This document shows, in pieces, positions 49,484-59,185 of a stretch of 64,000 nt of DNA. The DNA comes from Deferribacterales bacterium (lineage in GTDB: Bacteria; Chrysiogenota; Deferribacteres; Deferribacterales; Geovibrionaceae). The translations under genes and the position numbers were made by a program. Positions within the stretch are counted from its first letter, which is position 1; every line of letters starts with the position of its first letter. A model generated the notes under the pieces. The model did no database searches, was not told where the DNA came from, and was given only the letters and a program-made list of their open reading frames with translations. The stretch spans positions 64,001 to 128,000 of the forward strand of contig JBFWMA010000002.1 of NCBI GenBank assembly GCA_050251875.1. Reading direction: 5' to 3'.

Positions 49484-50272
49484 ATGAAAATTGTTTCTCT
49501 GCAGCTTCCTGTCAGGCTTTCCGATGTGGATGGAAATCTTGAACAGTTTAAAGATGCGCTGGCGCAACTGTCTGATGAGCAAGATACTATCGTTATCCTG
49601 CCGGAGATGTGGATGTGCGGGTTCGACTATGGGCGGCTGACAGAATTCTCCGAAAGGACAGATGATGTTCTAAAATCTATAGAGGGTATTATAAATGATA
49701 ATACGCTCGTCATTTCGGCACTCCCCGAAAGAAATCAGAACAAGGTTTTTAATACCGTATATGCCGTGAGCAAAAACGGTGTTCAGGCAAAGTATAGAAA
49801 AAGTTTTCTCTTCACACCCATGCGTGAGGATGAATACATAGACAAAGGAAACGCCGATCCGGTCGTTTTCGATTTTAAAGGTGTTAAGGTCGGTCTTCTG
49901 CTCTGCTACGAGATACGTTTTCCGGAGATGTTCCGGATGACAGCCTTCGCCGGAGCGGACATTATAGCCGTTCCAGCCATCTGGCCGCAGATGAAGAAAG
50001 ACCACTGGCTGACTCTGATGAAAGCCAGAGCCATAGAAAACCAGTGCTACATAGCCGGGTGCAACACCAGCGTTATGCACGGGAAAAAAGATATGCCTTG
50101 CGGTTTTTCCGCCGCTGTGGATCCCTGGGGCGAGTTTTTATACGAGCCCTCAGCGGAAGAGGGCATATACACCGCAGAGGCGGACGTCTCGGTGGTGAAT
50201 GACATCAGAACAAAGATCCCCAGCTTCTATGACGCTAAGGGATATTTTGATATTAAAGGCAAAACTAGTTGA
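49484..50272 (+). CDS. Nitrilase-family carbon-nitrogen hydrolase (omega-amidase-like)
   Basis: Catalytic triad LPEMW, YRK and CYEIRFPE; ARAIENQ. Confidence 0.9.
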   Translation: MKIVSLQLPVRLSDVDGNLEQFKDALAQLSDEQDTIVILPEMWMCGFDYGRLTEFSERTDDVLKSIEGIINDNTLVISALPERNQNKVFNTVYAVSKNGVQAKYRKSFLFTPMREDEYIDKGNADPVVFDFKGVKVGLLLCYEIRFPEMFRMTAFAGADIIAVPAIWPQMKKDHWLTLMKARAIENQCYIAGCNTSVMHGKKDMPCGFSAAVDPWGEFLYEPSAEEGIYTAEADVSVVNDIRTKIPSFYDAKGYFDIKGKTS

Positions 50273-50298
50273 TACTATACTCAAATATGGAGGAACAA

Positions 50299-51879
50299 AT
50301 GTCCGAATTAGAGTCACGCATCAGATGTAAGAGCCTTCTCAGCAAAGTTGTTAAAGTTGAGGAGACTCTCCAATATTTCAAAAACGGTATGAACCTCGGC
50401 TGGTCAGGATTTACTCCTGCCGGTTATCCCAAAGCTGTTCCGATCGCCCTTGCCGACTATGTAGAGGCTAACAACCTTCAAGGCAAGCTGAAATTCAACC
50501 TTTTCATCGGTGCTTCTGTCGGTGCTGAAACCGAAGACAGATGGGCATCACTCGACATGATAGACCGCAGATGGCCTTATCAGACAGGTAAAAACATCGC
50601 CAAAGGTATCAACGAAGGACGCATCAGAATGGGTGACAAACACCTTTCTCTTTTCGCTCAGGATCTTGGCTATGGATTCTACACAAAAGACACAGAGTCA
50701 GGCAAACTTGACCTTGCAATCATAGAAGTATCAGCCATCACAGAAGACGGCGGACTTGTTCCCACATCTTCTTGCGGTGTTATCCCCGAGATCCTGATGG
50801 TTTGCGACAAAATCATAGTTGAAGTAAACACAGGTCAGCCCTCTTTCGAAGGCATGCACGACATCATCGTTCCCGGAACACCCCCCAACAGACAAGTTTT
50901 CGACATCACAAAAGCTGACAGCCGCATCGGTACAACATTCTGTCCTTGCGACCCCAGCAAAATCATAGCTATCGTTGAGTCAAAACACCTTGATAAAGGT
51001 CGCGCGTTCTCTGAAATGGATGACACTTCAGAGGCTATCGCCGGACACATCATGGAATTCTTCCAGTATGAAGTTAAATGCGGAAGACTCCCCAAAAACC
51101 TGCTTCCCATCCAGTCAGGCGTTGGTTCAATCGCTAACGCTGTTGTGGGCGGTCTGGCTAAAGGACCCTTCAGCAACCTTACAGTTTTCACTGAAGTTCT
51201 TCAGGATACAATGCTTGATCTTTTCGATTCAGGCAAACTGGACGCGGCTTCTTCTTGCTCTCTGTCACTTTCAGAGAAAGAAGGCTTCCCCAGATTCTTC
51301 GCAAACAGAGAGAAATATGCTCCGAAGATCGTTCTTCGTCCTCTTTCAATCTCTAACGCACCCGAGCCCATCCGTCGTTTAGGCTGTATAGCCATGAACA
51401 CACCCGTTGAATTCGATATGTACGCTCACGCTAACTCCACACTGGTTGGCGGTACAAGAATGATCAACGGTCTCGGCGGTTCCGGAGACTTCCTGAGAAA
51501 CGGCTTCCTGAAAATCATGCATTGCCCCTCAGCTCGTCCCACAAAAACAGACCCCACAGGTATCACATGTGTAGTTCCTAAAGCTCCGCACATCGACCAC
51601 ACAGAGCACGACCTTGACGTGGTTGTTACAGAGCAGGGTCTGGCAGACCTTAGAGGTCTGGCTCCTAAAGACAGAGCTCAGAGAATCATCGACAAATGCG
51701 TACACCCTGACTATAAACCCATACTTCAGGACTACTTCGACCAAGCAAGCAAAATCTGTCTTGCTAAAGGTATCGGTCACGAGCCCCAGCTCTTCGACAG
51801 ATGCTTCAAAATGCAGATGAACCTTGCTAAAAACGGCACAATGAAAATCGACAACTGGGATGTGCCTGAAATCGTTTAA
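50299..51879 (+). CDS. Acetyl-CoA hydrolase/transferase (succinyl-CoA:acetate CoA-transferase type)
   Basis: SGFTPAGYPK, QSGVGSIANAV, NGLGGSGDF and VVTEQGLADLRG; GGAGG RBS before the ATG at 50299. Confidence 0.92.
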   Translation: MSELESRIRCKSLLSKVVKVEETLQYFKNGMNLGWSGFTPAGYPKAVPIALADYVEANNLQGKLKFNLFIGASVGAETEDRWASLDMIDRRWPYQTGKNIAKGINEGRIRMGDKHLSLFAQDLGYGFYTKDTESGKLDLAIIEVSAITEDGGLVPTSSCGVIPEILMVCDKIIVEVNTGQPSFEGMHDIIVPGTPPNRQVFDITKADSRIGTTFCPCDPSKIIAIVESKHLDKGRAFSEMDDTSEAIAGHIMEFFQYEVKCGRLPKNLLPIQSGVGSIANAVVGGLAKGPFSNLTVFTEVLQDTMLDLFDSGKLDAASSCSLSLSEKEGFPRFFANREKYAPKIVLRPLSISNAPEPIRRLGCIAMNTPVEFDMYAHANSTLVGGTRMINGLGGSGDFLRNGFLKIMHCPSARPTKTDPTGITCVVPKAPHIDHTEHDLDVVVTEQGLADLRGLAPKDRAQRIIDKCVHPDYKPILQDYFDQASKICLAKGIGHEPQLFDRCFKMQMNLAKNGTMKIDNWDVPEIV

Positions 51880-51901
51880 TCTTTAAAAGATTATAGATTA
51901 T

Positions 51902-51933
51902 AAAAAACCCGCTGTAACAGGCGGGTTTTTTTT
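51902..51933 (+). terminator. Rho-independent terminator
   Basis: aaaaaacccgc...gcgggtttttttt hairpin with T tract. Confidence 0.8.
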
Positions 51934-51989
51934 ATTGATTGCATTAGACGGTGACTGCATATACTATGTGCAAAAAATAGGGGGCTGAC

Positions 51990-52202
51990 ATGCTCAATAA
52001 AGAATTTGTTTTTATACTGGAAAACGAAAAGAACACTCTGGTGATAAATCTGAATAACTTTAACACTGTGGAGTTTGACGACACAAAAATGATAATCACT
52101 GTGGATCACGGTACATCTGAGAGAACAGTGGAGTTCGACAACAAGAAGAACTATGAGGCGCTGAAAGACCAGATAATCAACGCTCTGGCAGACGAAGAGT
52201 AA
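51990..52202 (+). CDS. Small hypothetical protein (70 aa)
   Basis: AGGGG RBS, plausible composition, isolated in an intergenic gap. Confidence 0.65.
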   Translation: MLNKEFVFILENEKNTLVINLNNFNTVEFDDTKMIITVDHGTSERTVEFDNKKNYEALKDQIINALADEE

Positions 52203-52312
52203 GCCGCTTTGTGAATAATCACATTGAATTGTGAGTAGTAATATTGCGATAATATTTCTCCTGCTGTATATTTAATCGTTCATGATTAAATATTATTTGA
52301 AAGGAGGAAATT

Positions 52313-52645
52313 ATGGCTGGAAAATTTGTTATCGATCCCGCAAAAAACGGAGAGTTTATTTTTAATCTCAAGGCTGGTAACGGTCAGGTTATTCTGACCA
52401 GCGAGACATATACCACTAAGAGTGCTTGTAAAAACGGCATTGAGTCAGTGAAAAAGAACTCACAGGAAGACAGCCAGTTTGAAAGAAAAGAAGCTAAAAA
52501 CGGCAAACCTTATTTTGTCCTGAAAGCAAAGAATCACGAAATCATCGGTATGAGCGAAATGTATGAGTCAAAAGCCGCTATGGAAAACGGTATTAAATCT
52601 GTTATGACAAACGCTCCTGACGCTGAAACTGTAGATAATGCATAG
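52313..52645 (+). CDS. YegP / DUF1508 family protein
   Basis: Two repeats FxLKAxNGxxIxxSExY...NGIxSV; AGGAGG RBS. Confidence 0.93.
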   Translation: MAGKFVIDPAKNGEFIFNLKAGNGQVILTSETYTTKSACKNGIESVKKNSQEDSQFERKEAKNGKPYFVLKAKNHEIIGMSEMYESKAAMENGIKSVMTNAPDAETVDNA

Positions 52646-52655
52646 AGAAGTGATA

Positions 52656-52683
52656 AAGCCCCGCAGATGCGGGGCTTTTTGTT
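52656..52683. terminator. Bidirectional terminator between convergent genes
   Basis: aaagccccgca-ga-tgcggggctttt hairpin. Confidence 0.8.
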
Positions 52684-54168
52684 TTATTCGGCTAAAAGTT
52701 TGTTGATTGATTCGGCGGCGGTTCGTCCTTCGCCCATAGCCAGAATGACCGTGGCAGCGCCCAAAACTATGTCGCCTCCGGCATAGACTCTGTCCATAGA
52801 CGTTTTCTGTGTGTCGTCCGCCAGAATGTTGCCCCATTTGTTCACATTAATCTCCGGCGTTGTCTGGCTTATCAGCGGGTTAGAAGAGTTGCCAAGCGCC
52901 ATTATCACGCTGTCCATTTCCAGTGTGAACTCGCTACCTTTGATCTCCACCGGTCTGCGTCTGCCGGAATCGTCCGGCTCGCCCAGCTCATATTTCACAC
53001 ATTCCAGAGATTTCACCTTGCCGTCACTGTCTCCGATGACACGTTTCGGGCTGGTGAGGAACATAAATTTTATACCTTCCTCTTTTGCGTGCTCCACTTC
53101 TTCACGGCGGGCAGGCATCTCCTTCTCTGTGCGGCGGTAGACCACATAGACTTCTTCAGCGCCCACACGCAGAGCCATCCTGGCGGCGTCCATAGCCACG
53201 TTGCCGCCGCCCACCACTGCTGTTCTCTTGCCTGTGAATATGGGCGTGTCTGCCTTGTCCGGTTCATACGCTCTCATCAGGTTTGCTCGGGTCAGAAACT
53301 CGTTGGCAGATGAAACGCCCACCAGCGATTCGCCCTCTATATTCATGAAATTAGGTAGTCCGGCGCCAGTGCCCACGAACACAGCGTCAAAACCGTCTTT
53401 TTCTATCAGGTCGCTCAGTTTTCTGGTGCGACCCACGAGGAAGTTTTTTCTGATCTCCACACCCATAGACAGCAGAGTTTCTATCTCTTTGTCCAGAATG
53501 ACTTTTGGCAGTCTGAATTCCGGAATACCGTATATCATAACACCACCCAGCTTGTGAAACGCCTCGAAAAGCACCACTTCGTGTCCAGCCTTTCGAACGT
53601 CCGCCGCCGCTGTCAGTCCGGCGGGACCGGAGCCGATCACTGCGACCTTCTTACCTGTTGGCGGAGCTATATGCGGCAGCGACATCTTGCCATGTTCACG
53701 TTCCCAGTCCGCCACAAAACGCTCTATGCGCCCGATGGCGACAGATTTGTCAACGTCTTTCAGCGATTTTCCCACGGTACATTCCATCATGCACTGTGTC
53801 TCCTGCGGACATACACGCCCGCAGATGGCGGGGAGCATGCTGGATTCCTTGATGATATTCACGGATTTCTGATAGTCGCCCTCGGCGGCGGCTTTGATGA
53901 ATCCGGGGATGTTTATCGCCACCGGGCATCCTTTTATGCAGGGGGCGTTTTTGCACTGAAGACAGCGTTCCGCCTCCAGCTTAACCTGCGCCTCATAATA
54001 ACCCAGAGCCACTTCCTGAATATTTTTTCCTCTGGCGACAGGCTCCTGCGAGGGCATCTCCTGCATGGGGATTTTCAGCCTGTCCTTGGGTTTCAGGTTA
54101 TCGAAATCTATCTCTTTCAGAAGCTGTTCCGCTTCTTCTCTCAATTTTTCAGCGGGTATATATGTCAT
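52684..54168 (-). CDS. nfnB: NfnB/SudA (GltD-like) large subunit of electron-bifurcating transhydrogenase
   Basis: CLQCKNAPCIKGCP, CGRVCPQETQC, GSGPAG and GGGNVAMD; paired with nfnA. Confidence 0.88.
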   Translation of the reverse strand: MTYIPAEKLREEAEQLLKEIDFDNLKPKDRLKIPMQEMPSQEPVARGKNIQEVALGYYEAQVKLEAERCLQCKNAPCIKGCPVAINIPGFIKAAAEGDYQKSVNIIKESSMLPAICGRVCPQETQCMMECTVGKSLKDVDKSVAIGRIERFVADWEREHGKMSLPHIAPPTGKKVAVIGSGPAGLTAAADVRKAGHEVVLFEAFHKLGGVMIYGIPEFRLPKVILDKEIETLLSMGVEIRKNFLVGRTRKLSDLIEKDGFDAVFVGTGAGLPNFMNIEGESLVGVSSANEFLTRANLMRAYEPDKADTPIFTGKRTAVVGGGNVAMDAARMALRVGAEEVYVVYRRTEKEMPARREEVEHAKEEGIKFMFLTSPKRVIGDSDGKVKSLECVKYELGEPDDSGRRRPVEIKGSEFTLEMDSVIMALGNSSNPLISQTTPEINVNKWGNILADDTQKTSMDRVYAGGDIVLGAATVILAMGEGRTAAESINKLLAE

Positions 54169-55022
54169 TTGCTCTGCTCCTGAAGTCTGTCCACTGCCTC
54201 CTGAAGGTGACAGCGGTGGTTAGCGTCCTGTTCCTGCGGTTTGTAAGATCTGAGCCTCAGCATCATGTTGTCGAAATCAACCTGATGGGCGTCAAACTCC
54301 GGACCGTCCACGCAGACGAATTTTGTTTTTCCGCCCACGGTCACACGGCACCCGCCGCACATCCCCGTGCCGTCCACCATGATGGTGTTCAGAGAGGCGT
54401 ATGTTTTAACATTAAAAGGGCGTGTGGTTTCAGCGCAGAATTTCATCATGATAGGCGGACCGATGGCAACCACAAGGTCAATTCCGCCACGCTCGCAAAG
54501 CTCTTTCAGCGGAACGGTGACGAGATCTTTCCGCCCGTATGAGCCGTCATCGGTACAGACGATAAACTCATCCGCTATGGCTCGCATCTCGTCTTCCAGA
54601 ATCAGCAGATCTTTTGTCCTCGACCCAATGATGATGATAACTTTATTGCCGGCTTTTTTCATCGCCTGCGCTATGGGGTGCATGGGGGCAACGCCTATAC
54701 CGCCGCCAACACAGACCACTGTGCCGAAATTTTCTATGTGTGTGGGCATACCGAGCGGTCCGAGGATGTTTTCAACACTCTCTCCTGTGTTCTTCTGCGC
54801 CAGTTTCAGGGTCGATTTTCCCACCACCTGAAAGATGATGCTGATGCTGCCTGCCGTTTCGTCCGCATCTGCTATGGTGAGTGGAATCCTTTCGCTGAAA
54901 TCGCTGTCAGCCTGAATGATTACAAACTGACCCGCTTTCCGCTCTCTGGCTATGTCCGGCGCTTCCAGCTCCATGCGGAAGACATCCCGGGAGAGCTGTG
55001 TCTTTTTCAGAATTCTGCTCAT
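54165..55022 (-). CDS. nfnA: NfnA/SudB ferredoxin-NADP reductase small subunit
   Basis: ERIPLTIAD, GGGIG and MVDGTGMCGGCR...CVDGPEFD. Confidence 0.9.
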   Translation of the reverse strand: MSRILKKTQLSRDVFRMELEAPDIARERKAGQFVIIQADSDFSERIPLTIADADETAGSISIIFQVVGKSTLKLAQKNTGESVENILGPLGMPTHIENFGTVVCVGGGIGVAPMHPIAQAMKKAGNKVIIIIGSRTKDLLILEDEMRAIADEFIVCTDDGSYGRKDLVTVPLKELCERGGIDLVVAIGPPIMMKFCAETTRPFNVKTYASLNTIMVDGTGMCGGCRVTVGGKTKFVCVDGPEFDAHQVDFDNMMLRLRSYKPQEQDANHRCHLQEAVDRLQEQSK

Positions 55023-55143
55023 TATTCACCTCATAATGCCGTGCGGGAGTTTTTGGCATACTAATTAAATAATATGATGATTGCTGATATTGTCAAACTA
55101 AGTTGCTGCGGGAAGTGGAAGTCGTAAGAGCTTTTCTATACTT

Positions 55144-55272
55144 GAAGCGGGAATCGCTTTTTGTTCGTGTTCGTCCTGAACACTCCAAAAAGCCAGCCTG
55201 CTCACTGCCGCGGACATCCTGTCCGCTCGTCCTCCCTGTTCGGTCGGCGTTCGCAGTCGTTCGATCCCCTGT
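55144..55272 (-). repeat. tRNA-linked structured element bounded by T-arm-like sequences
   Basis: gaagcgggaatcg at 55144-55156 duplicates 55317-55329 of the tRNA. An inverted gttcgatcccc lies at 55259-55269. Internal hairpins have AGGAC/AGGAT loops. Confidence 0.6.
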
Positions 55273-55276
55273 AAAT

Positions 55277-55308
55277 AAAAAAGCCCAACCACAAGGTTGA
55301 GCTTTTTT
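55277..55308 (-). terminator. Terminator-like hairpin after tRNA-Leu
   Basis: aaaaaagcccaacc-acaa-ggttgagctttttt. Confidence 0.75.
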
Positions 55309-55311
55309 ATA

Positions 55312-55395
55312 TGCCGGAAGCGGGAATCGAACCCGCACGCCATTGCTGGCTTCGGATTTTGAGTCCGACGCGTCTACCAGTTCCACCATTCCGGC
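55312..55395 (-). tRNA. tRNA-Leu(CAA), CCA not encoded
   Basis: GCCGGAA/TTCCGGC acceptor stem, TCGGA-CTCAAAA-TCCGA anticodon arm, long variable arm, GGTTCGATTCC T-loop. Confidence 0.96.
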
Positions 55396-55547
55396 GGTGT
55401 CGCTTTTTAGAGCTGTCATGTTATTGTAACAGAACGATATTGTCAAACAAAATCAAAATATGCGCAAATTAAATCAAAAATCTCGTAAATTGTTGTTTCC
55501 TGATGAAAAATTTGTTAATATATAACACAAGAGACAAGGGGAACGAC

Positions 55548-57701
55548 TTGCTAAATAAGACTTTTTTTGCCTTAATCATATTTCTGACGGTTTCGTTCAA
55601 TGTTTTTGCGCTCGACCTTGTCGTTGGAGCGTTTCAAAACAAACCCCTGATTTTTAAAGATGATGACGGCGTAATAAAAGGTTTCGGCTATGATCTGATA
55701 ACAGAGATAGCGAAGCAGGAAGGCTGGAATCTCACCTTTGTCTTCGACACCTGGCCCGGCATCTATAAAAAGCTCGAGAACGGCGATGTGGACATGCTGT
55801 TTCCATGCGGATTCACCATCGAACGCAGTAAAAACATCATTTACAACAGCGAAAACATAGCCAGCAACTGGGGGCAGATCGCTCTTAAAAAAGGGCTGGA
55901 CGCAGAATCCATGCTCGATCTGGATGGCAAAACAATCGCCGTTGTCAGAAACAACATCTATTATAACAGCACCACCGGAATAGCCAACATGGCTAAAGGT
56001 TTCAATATCAAGATAAATTTCGTTTATTACAACGACTACGCAGACGTGCTTCAGGCTGTGAAAGACGGAAAAGCGGACGGCGGTCTTGCCAGCCGTTTCT
56101 TTATCCTGCTGGAATCCGAGAAATATGGGCTGGAAAAAAGCTCCATTCTGATAAACCCCATAGAAGTCCGTTTCGGTTTTCCACGCAACAAAGCCATGTC
56201 CATCGATCTGGCGAAAACAATCGACAAACACATCGTGAGGATGAAGCACGAAGAGGGCTCTGTTTTTCAGACTTCTTATGAAAAATGGCTCAGTTTCGTC
56301 AACCGTCCCTCCATCATGTCTAACTTCAAGGTGATGGTAACCATACTCATCATCCCTGTTCTGATAGTTACCGCTATCGTATTTATCCTGAGAGCTGAGG
56401 TGCGCAGAAAAACCAGAGAGATCACACAGAAGAACATCGAGCTTCAGCGTGAGATCGAGGACCGCATCAGCATAGAAGAACAGCTCAAAGAGAATCAGGA
56501 CAAATACAGCACACTGTTCAACACGTCATATAACCCCATCGCCATCATAGCCGAGGACGGCTCGCTTTCGGATGTGAACGGCGAGATGGTGGCTCAGTTC
56601 GGATACGACAGAGAAGAGCTTTTGCAGATGTTTCTGGAGATGCTGGTGGTTAAGGAGCATGTGCCGAAGGTTGAAGAGATCATCAACAAAATGAACAAGA
56701 CCAAGAAATGGTCTTTTGAGCTGGATTTTGTGAAATCTTGGGGAGACGTTTTTAACGCCGAGATATCCGCCAGCCGTCTGGAGATTTCCGGGCGAACCTT
56801 CATACAGCTTGTTATCATGGATGTTACATCCAGAAAGAAAGCCAGCGAGCTTCTGAACCGCAGACAGGAGTATCTGGAACGCAAGGTGGAGCAGGAAGTT
56901 CACAAGCGCCGCCAGAACGAACGTCTGATGATGCAGCAGTCAAAAATGGCGGCAATGGGACAGATGATGAGCGCTATCGCCCACCAGTGGCGGCAGCCTC
57001 TGAACACCATAGCCATTTTCATTCAGGATTTTGAGGATTCTTTCAAACATGGCGAGCTGGATGCCGCTTATGTTGAGGATCTTGTTTCTCAGTCTATGAA
57101 ACAGATCAATTTCATGTCTAAAACTATAGATGATTTTAAAAACTTCTTTAAGCCGGATAAAGACGAGGTGGTCTTTGACGTGTGTATGGAATCCGCCAAC
57201 GCCACGTCTCTGCTGGGGGTTCAGCTCATCAGAAACGGCATCGATCTTGTGCTGAATTTCCACGATTCTATCGTTACATTCGATGAGATAGACTCTTTCG
57301 AGCATGAATACGACAAGACCAGCTATGTGAAAGGATTTCCCAATGAGTTCAAACAGGTTCTGCTGAACCTGGTGCAGAATGCCAGAGACTCCATCATGGA
57401 GCGTATGGAGAATGAGAAATTCAGAGGGCATATCGAGGTTAAGGTCGAAGAGAATGACGAAGTAGTGAAAATATCCGTGTCCGACAACGGGGCGGGAATA
57501 CAAAAAGACGTCACAGAGCGCATCTTCGAGCCTTATTTCACCACAAAGGAAGAGGGCAAAGGCACAGGCGTCGGGCTCTATATGTCAAAGATAATCATCG
57601 AACAGAACATGAAGGGCAGACTCTACTTCGAACAGAGCGAACACGGCGTGAAATTCATCATAGAGCTGAGAGCGCAGAAGAACAATCAGGATATCATATA
57701 A
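55548..57701 (+). CDS. Sensor histidine kinase: periplasmic amino-acid-binding-type (SBP family 3) domain, PAS, HisKA, HATPase
   Basis: Signal/TM, GFGYDL, IAHQWRQPL, NLVQNARD and GTGVGLY. TTG start after AAGGGG (alternative ATG at 55503). Confidence 0.9.
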   Translation: MLNKTFFALIIFLTVSFNVFALDLVVGAFQNKPLIFKDDDGVIKGFGYDLITEIAKQEGWNLTFVFDTWPGIYKKLENGDVDMLFPCGFTIERSKNIIYNSENIASNWGQIALKKGLDAESMLDLDGKTIAVVRNNIYYNSTTGIANMAKGFNIKINFVYYNDYADVLQAVKDGKADGGLASRFFILLESEKYGLEKSSILINPIEVRFGFPRNKAMSIDLAKTIDKHIVRMKHEEGSVFQTSYEKWLSFVNRPSIMSNFKVMVTILIIPVLIVTAIVFILRAEVRRKTREITQKNIELQREIEDRISIEEQLKENQDKYSTLFNTSYNPIAIIAEDGSLSDVNGEMVAQFGYDREELLQMFLEMLVVKEHVPKVEEIINKMNKTKKWSFELDFVKSWGDVFNAEISASRLEISGRTFIQLVIMDVTSRKKASELLNRRQEYLERKVEQEVHKRRQNERLMMQQSKMAAMGQMMSAIAHQWRQPLNTIAIFIQDFEDSFKHGELDAAYVEDLVSQSMKQINFMSKTIDDFKNFFKPDKDEVVFDVCMESANATSLLGVQLIRNGIDLVLNFHDSIVTFDEIDSFEHEYDKTSYVKGFPNEFKQVLLNLVQNARDSIMERMENEKFRGHIEVKVEENDEVVKISVSDNGAGIQKDVTERIFEPYFTTKEEGKGTGVGLYMSKIIIEQNMKGRLYFEQSEHGVKFIIELRAQKNNQDII

Positions 57702-59185
57702 ATCAGCGCTGACTGAAGAGCTCCGAACAGAAATCCCAGCACAAATCCCAGAATATTAATCCACTTAAAACTATCGCTCATAAAAGAGAAGAGCAGTTTT
57801 TCCACCTCGTACAGATCCAGAGAATTGATCCTGTTTTCCGTAATTTTCGGGAAATTTACTGATGTCACTATATTATCTGTGTTTTTTTCTATTATCTTGT
57901 TTATTTCTTTTATAAAAGCGGATTTTATCCTGCTGAACATTTTCTTCGGAATATACTGATAGATATTGTCTATTCTGATATTGTCAACCGCGCCGGCTAT
58001 AACAGAAGCCATCTTTGAGATATCCGGAGAAAAAGAGCTGTTTATTTTCTCTGTTATGACAGAATCGATGCCCGCGTCATTCAGTATGCCGCCGATGGTT
58101 TTATCAGGGTTCTTAGAGGCGAATTCCACAATCTTTGAGCTGATTTTTTTAGAGATATCCTCAGATCCCATCGCCTTCTGGATTGTAGTCACCAGAGAGC
58201 TTTTCAGGCTGTAGATGTTCTCCAGCCCTATGCTTCCGGCGTGCATATAGAGCGGTTTTTCCGCCACTGATTTTATATATTCGGTGATGGAATTATTTAT
58301 CTTCTGTTTGATGTCGTCACTGTCTTTTATTGATTTTATCAGTGTGGGCATATATTTATCGACAATTTCCCTGATGGTGTCCTCGTTCAGAAACATGTTC
58401 AGAAATCCCAGCTTCATCTTGTCGAAAGTGCCTTCTCCGAAATGTCCGTCTTTCAGCTCCACCAGTTTAGCGGATATTTTGCCTCTGGTGCGCTCGTCTT
58501 CGAACGCCGCCTCCATGGAGGACAATATCTTTTCCGTGATGAACGATGAAACGGCGGGTATCTTGCCCATCAGTGACTCGGGAACAACGTCGGCGAGACT
58601 CTTTCCGGACATGACAAAGTTGTTGATATATGCTGATATGGCGCTGCCTGTCTCCTCCTGAATCTTCTGCGAAGAGAGGAAGGTTTCCACCAGCTTTGCT
58701 ATATTGTCTTTATACTGCTCAAGATCGCCGATCTTGTATGCGTATATTTTGTCTTTTACACTGTCGGCGGTGACACGGAATATTTCATCCAGAAAACCTG
58801 ACGAGTGGAGTGAATCCAGCAGGACTGTGATGATGGTTTTTGGTCTGTATCCGGTTTTGGCGAGCAGTTCGCCCACAGAACCGAAATCTTTTTCCAGAAA
58901 GGCTTTCAGTTCGTGTTCCACCGCTTTTTCCAGCTTATTCTGAACAGCGGCGCCGAAGAACGCCTCCTGAATGTCTTTTTTTCTAAGGAGCTTGTCGCCC
59001 ACAAGTTCGCCTATCTCTTTCGCCAGCTTGGCTCTGTTTTTAGGGATCACGCCCTGCCAGCCGAACGACCACAGGGTTTTCTGGTGGGGGCGGAAAAGCA
59101 TTTTTATGGCGAGCCAGTTAGTGCCGTAGCCCACCATTCCGGTGACAAAGGGTGTTATGAGCAGACTAAGATTTTGCGACAGCAA
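57686..59185 (-). CDS. DUF445 (YheB-like) membrane protein
   Basis: GYGTNWLAIKMLFRP, QGVIPK and C-terminal INILGFVLGFLFG. Confidence 0.88.
   Translation of the reverse strand: MLSQNLSLLITPFVTGMVGYGTNWLAIKMLFRPHQKTLWSFGWQGVIPKNRAKLAKEIGELVGDKLLRKKDIQEAFFGAAVQNKLEKAVEHELKAFLEKDFGSVGELLAKTGYRPKTIITVLLDSLHSSGFLDEIFRVTADSVKDKIYAYKIGDLEQYKDNIAKLVETFLSSQKIQEETGSAISAYINNFVMSGKSLADVVPESLMGKIPAVSSFITEKILSSMEAAFEDERTRGKISAKLVELKDGHFGEGTFDKMKLGFLNMFLNEDTIREIVDKYMPTLIKSIKDSDDIKQKINNSITEYIKSVAEKPLYMHAGSIGLENIYSLKSSLVTTIQKAMGSEDISKKISSKIVEFASKNPDKTIGGILNDAGIDSVITEKINSSFSPDISKMASVIAGAVDNIRIDNIYQYIPKKMFSRIKSAFIKEINKIIEKNTDNIVTSVNFPKITENRINSLDLYEVEKLLFSFMSDSFKWINILGFVLGFLFGALQSALIYMIS

Noticed and set aside
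55144..55395. Intact integrative element or prophage at tRNA-Leu
   Set aside because: No integrase or cargo; only about 160 bp lie between the duplicated 13-mers.
55093..55446. Three ORFs over the tRNA region
   Set aside because: They overlap a clear tRNA-Leu and its structured trailer.
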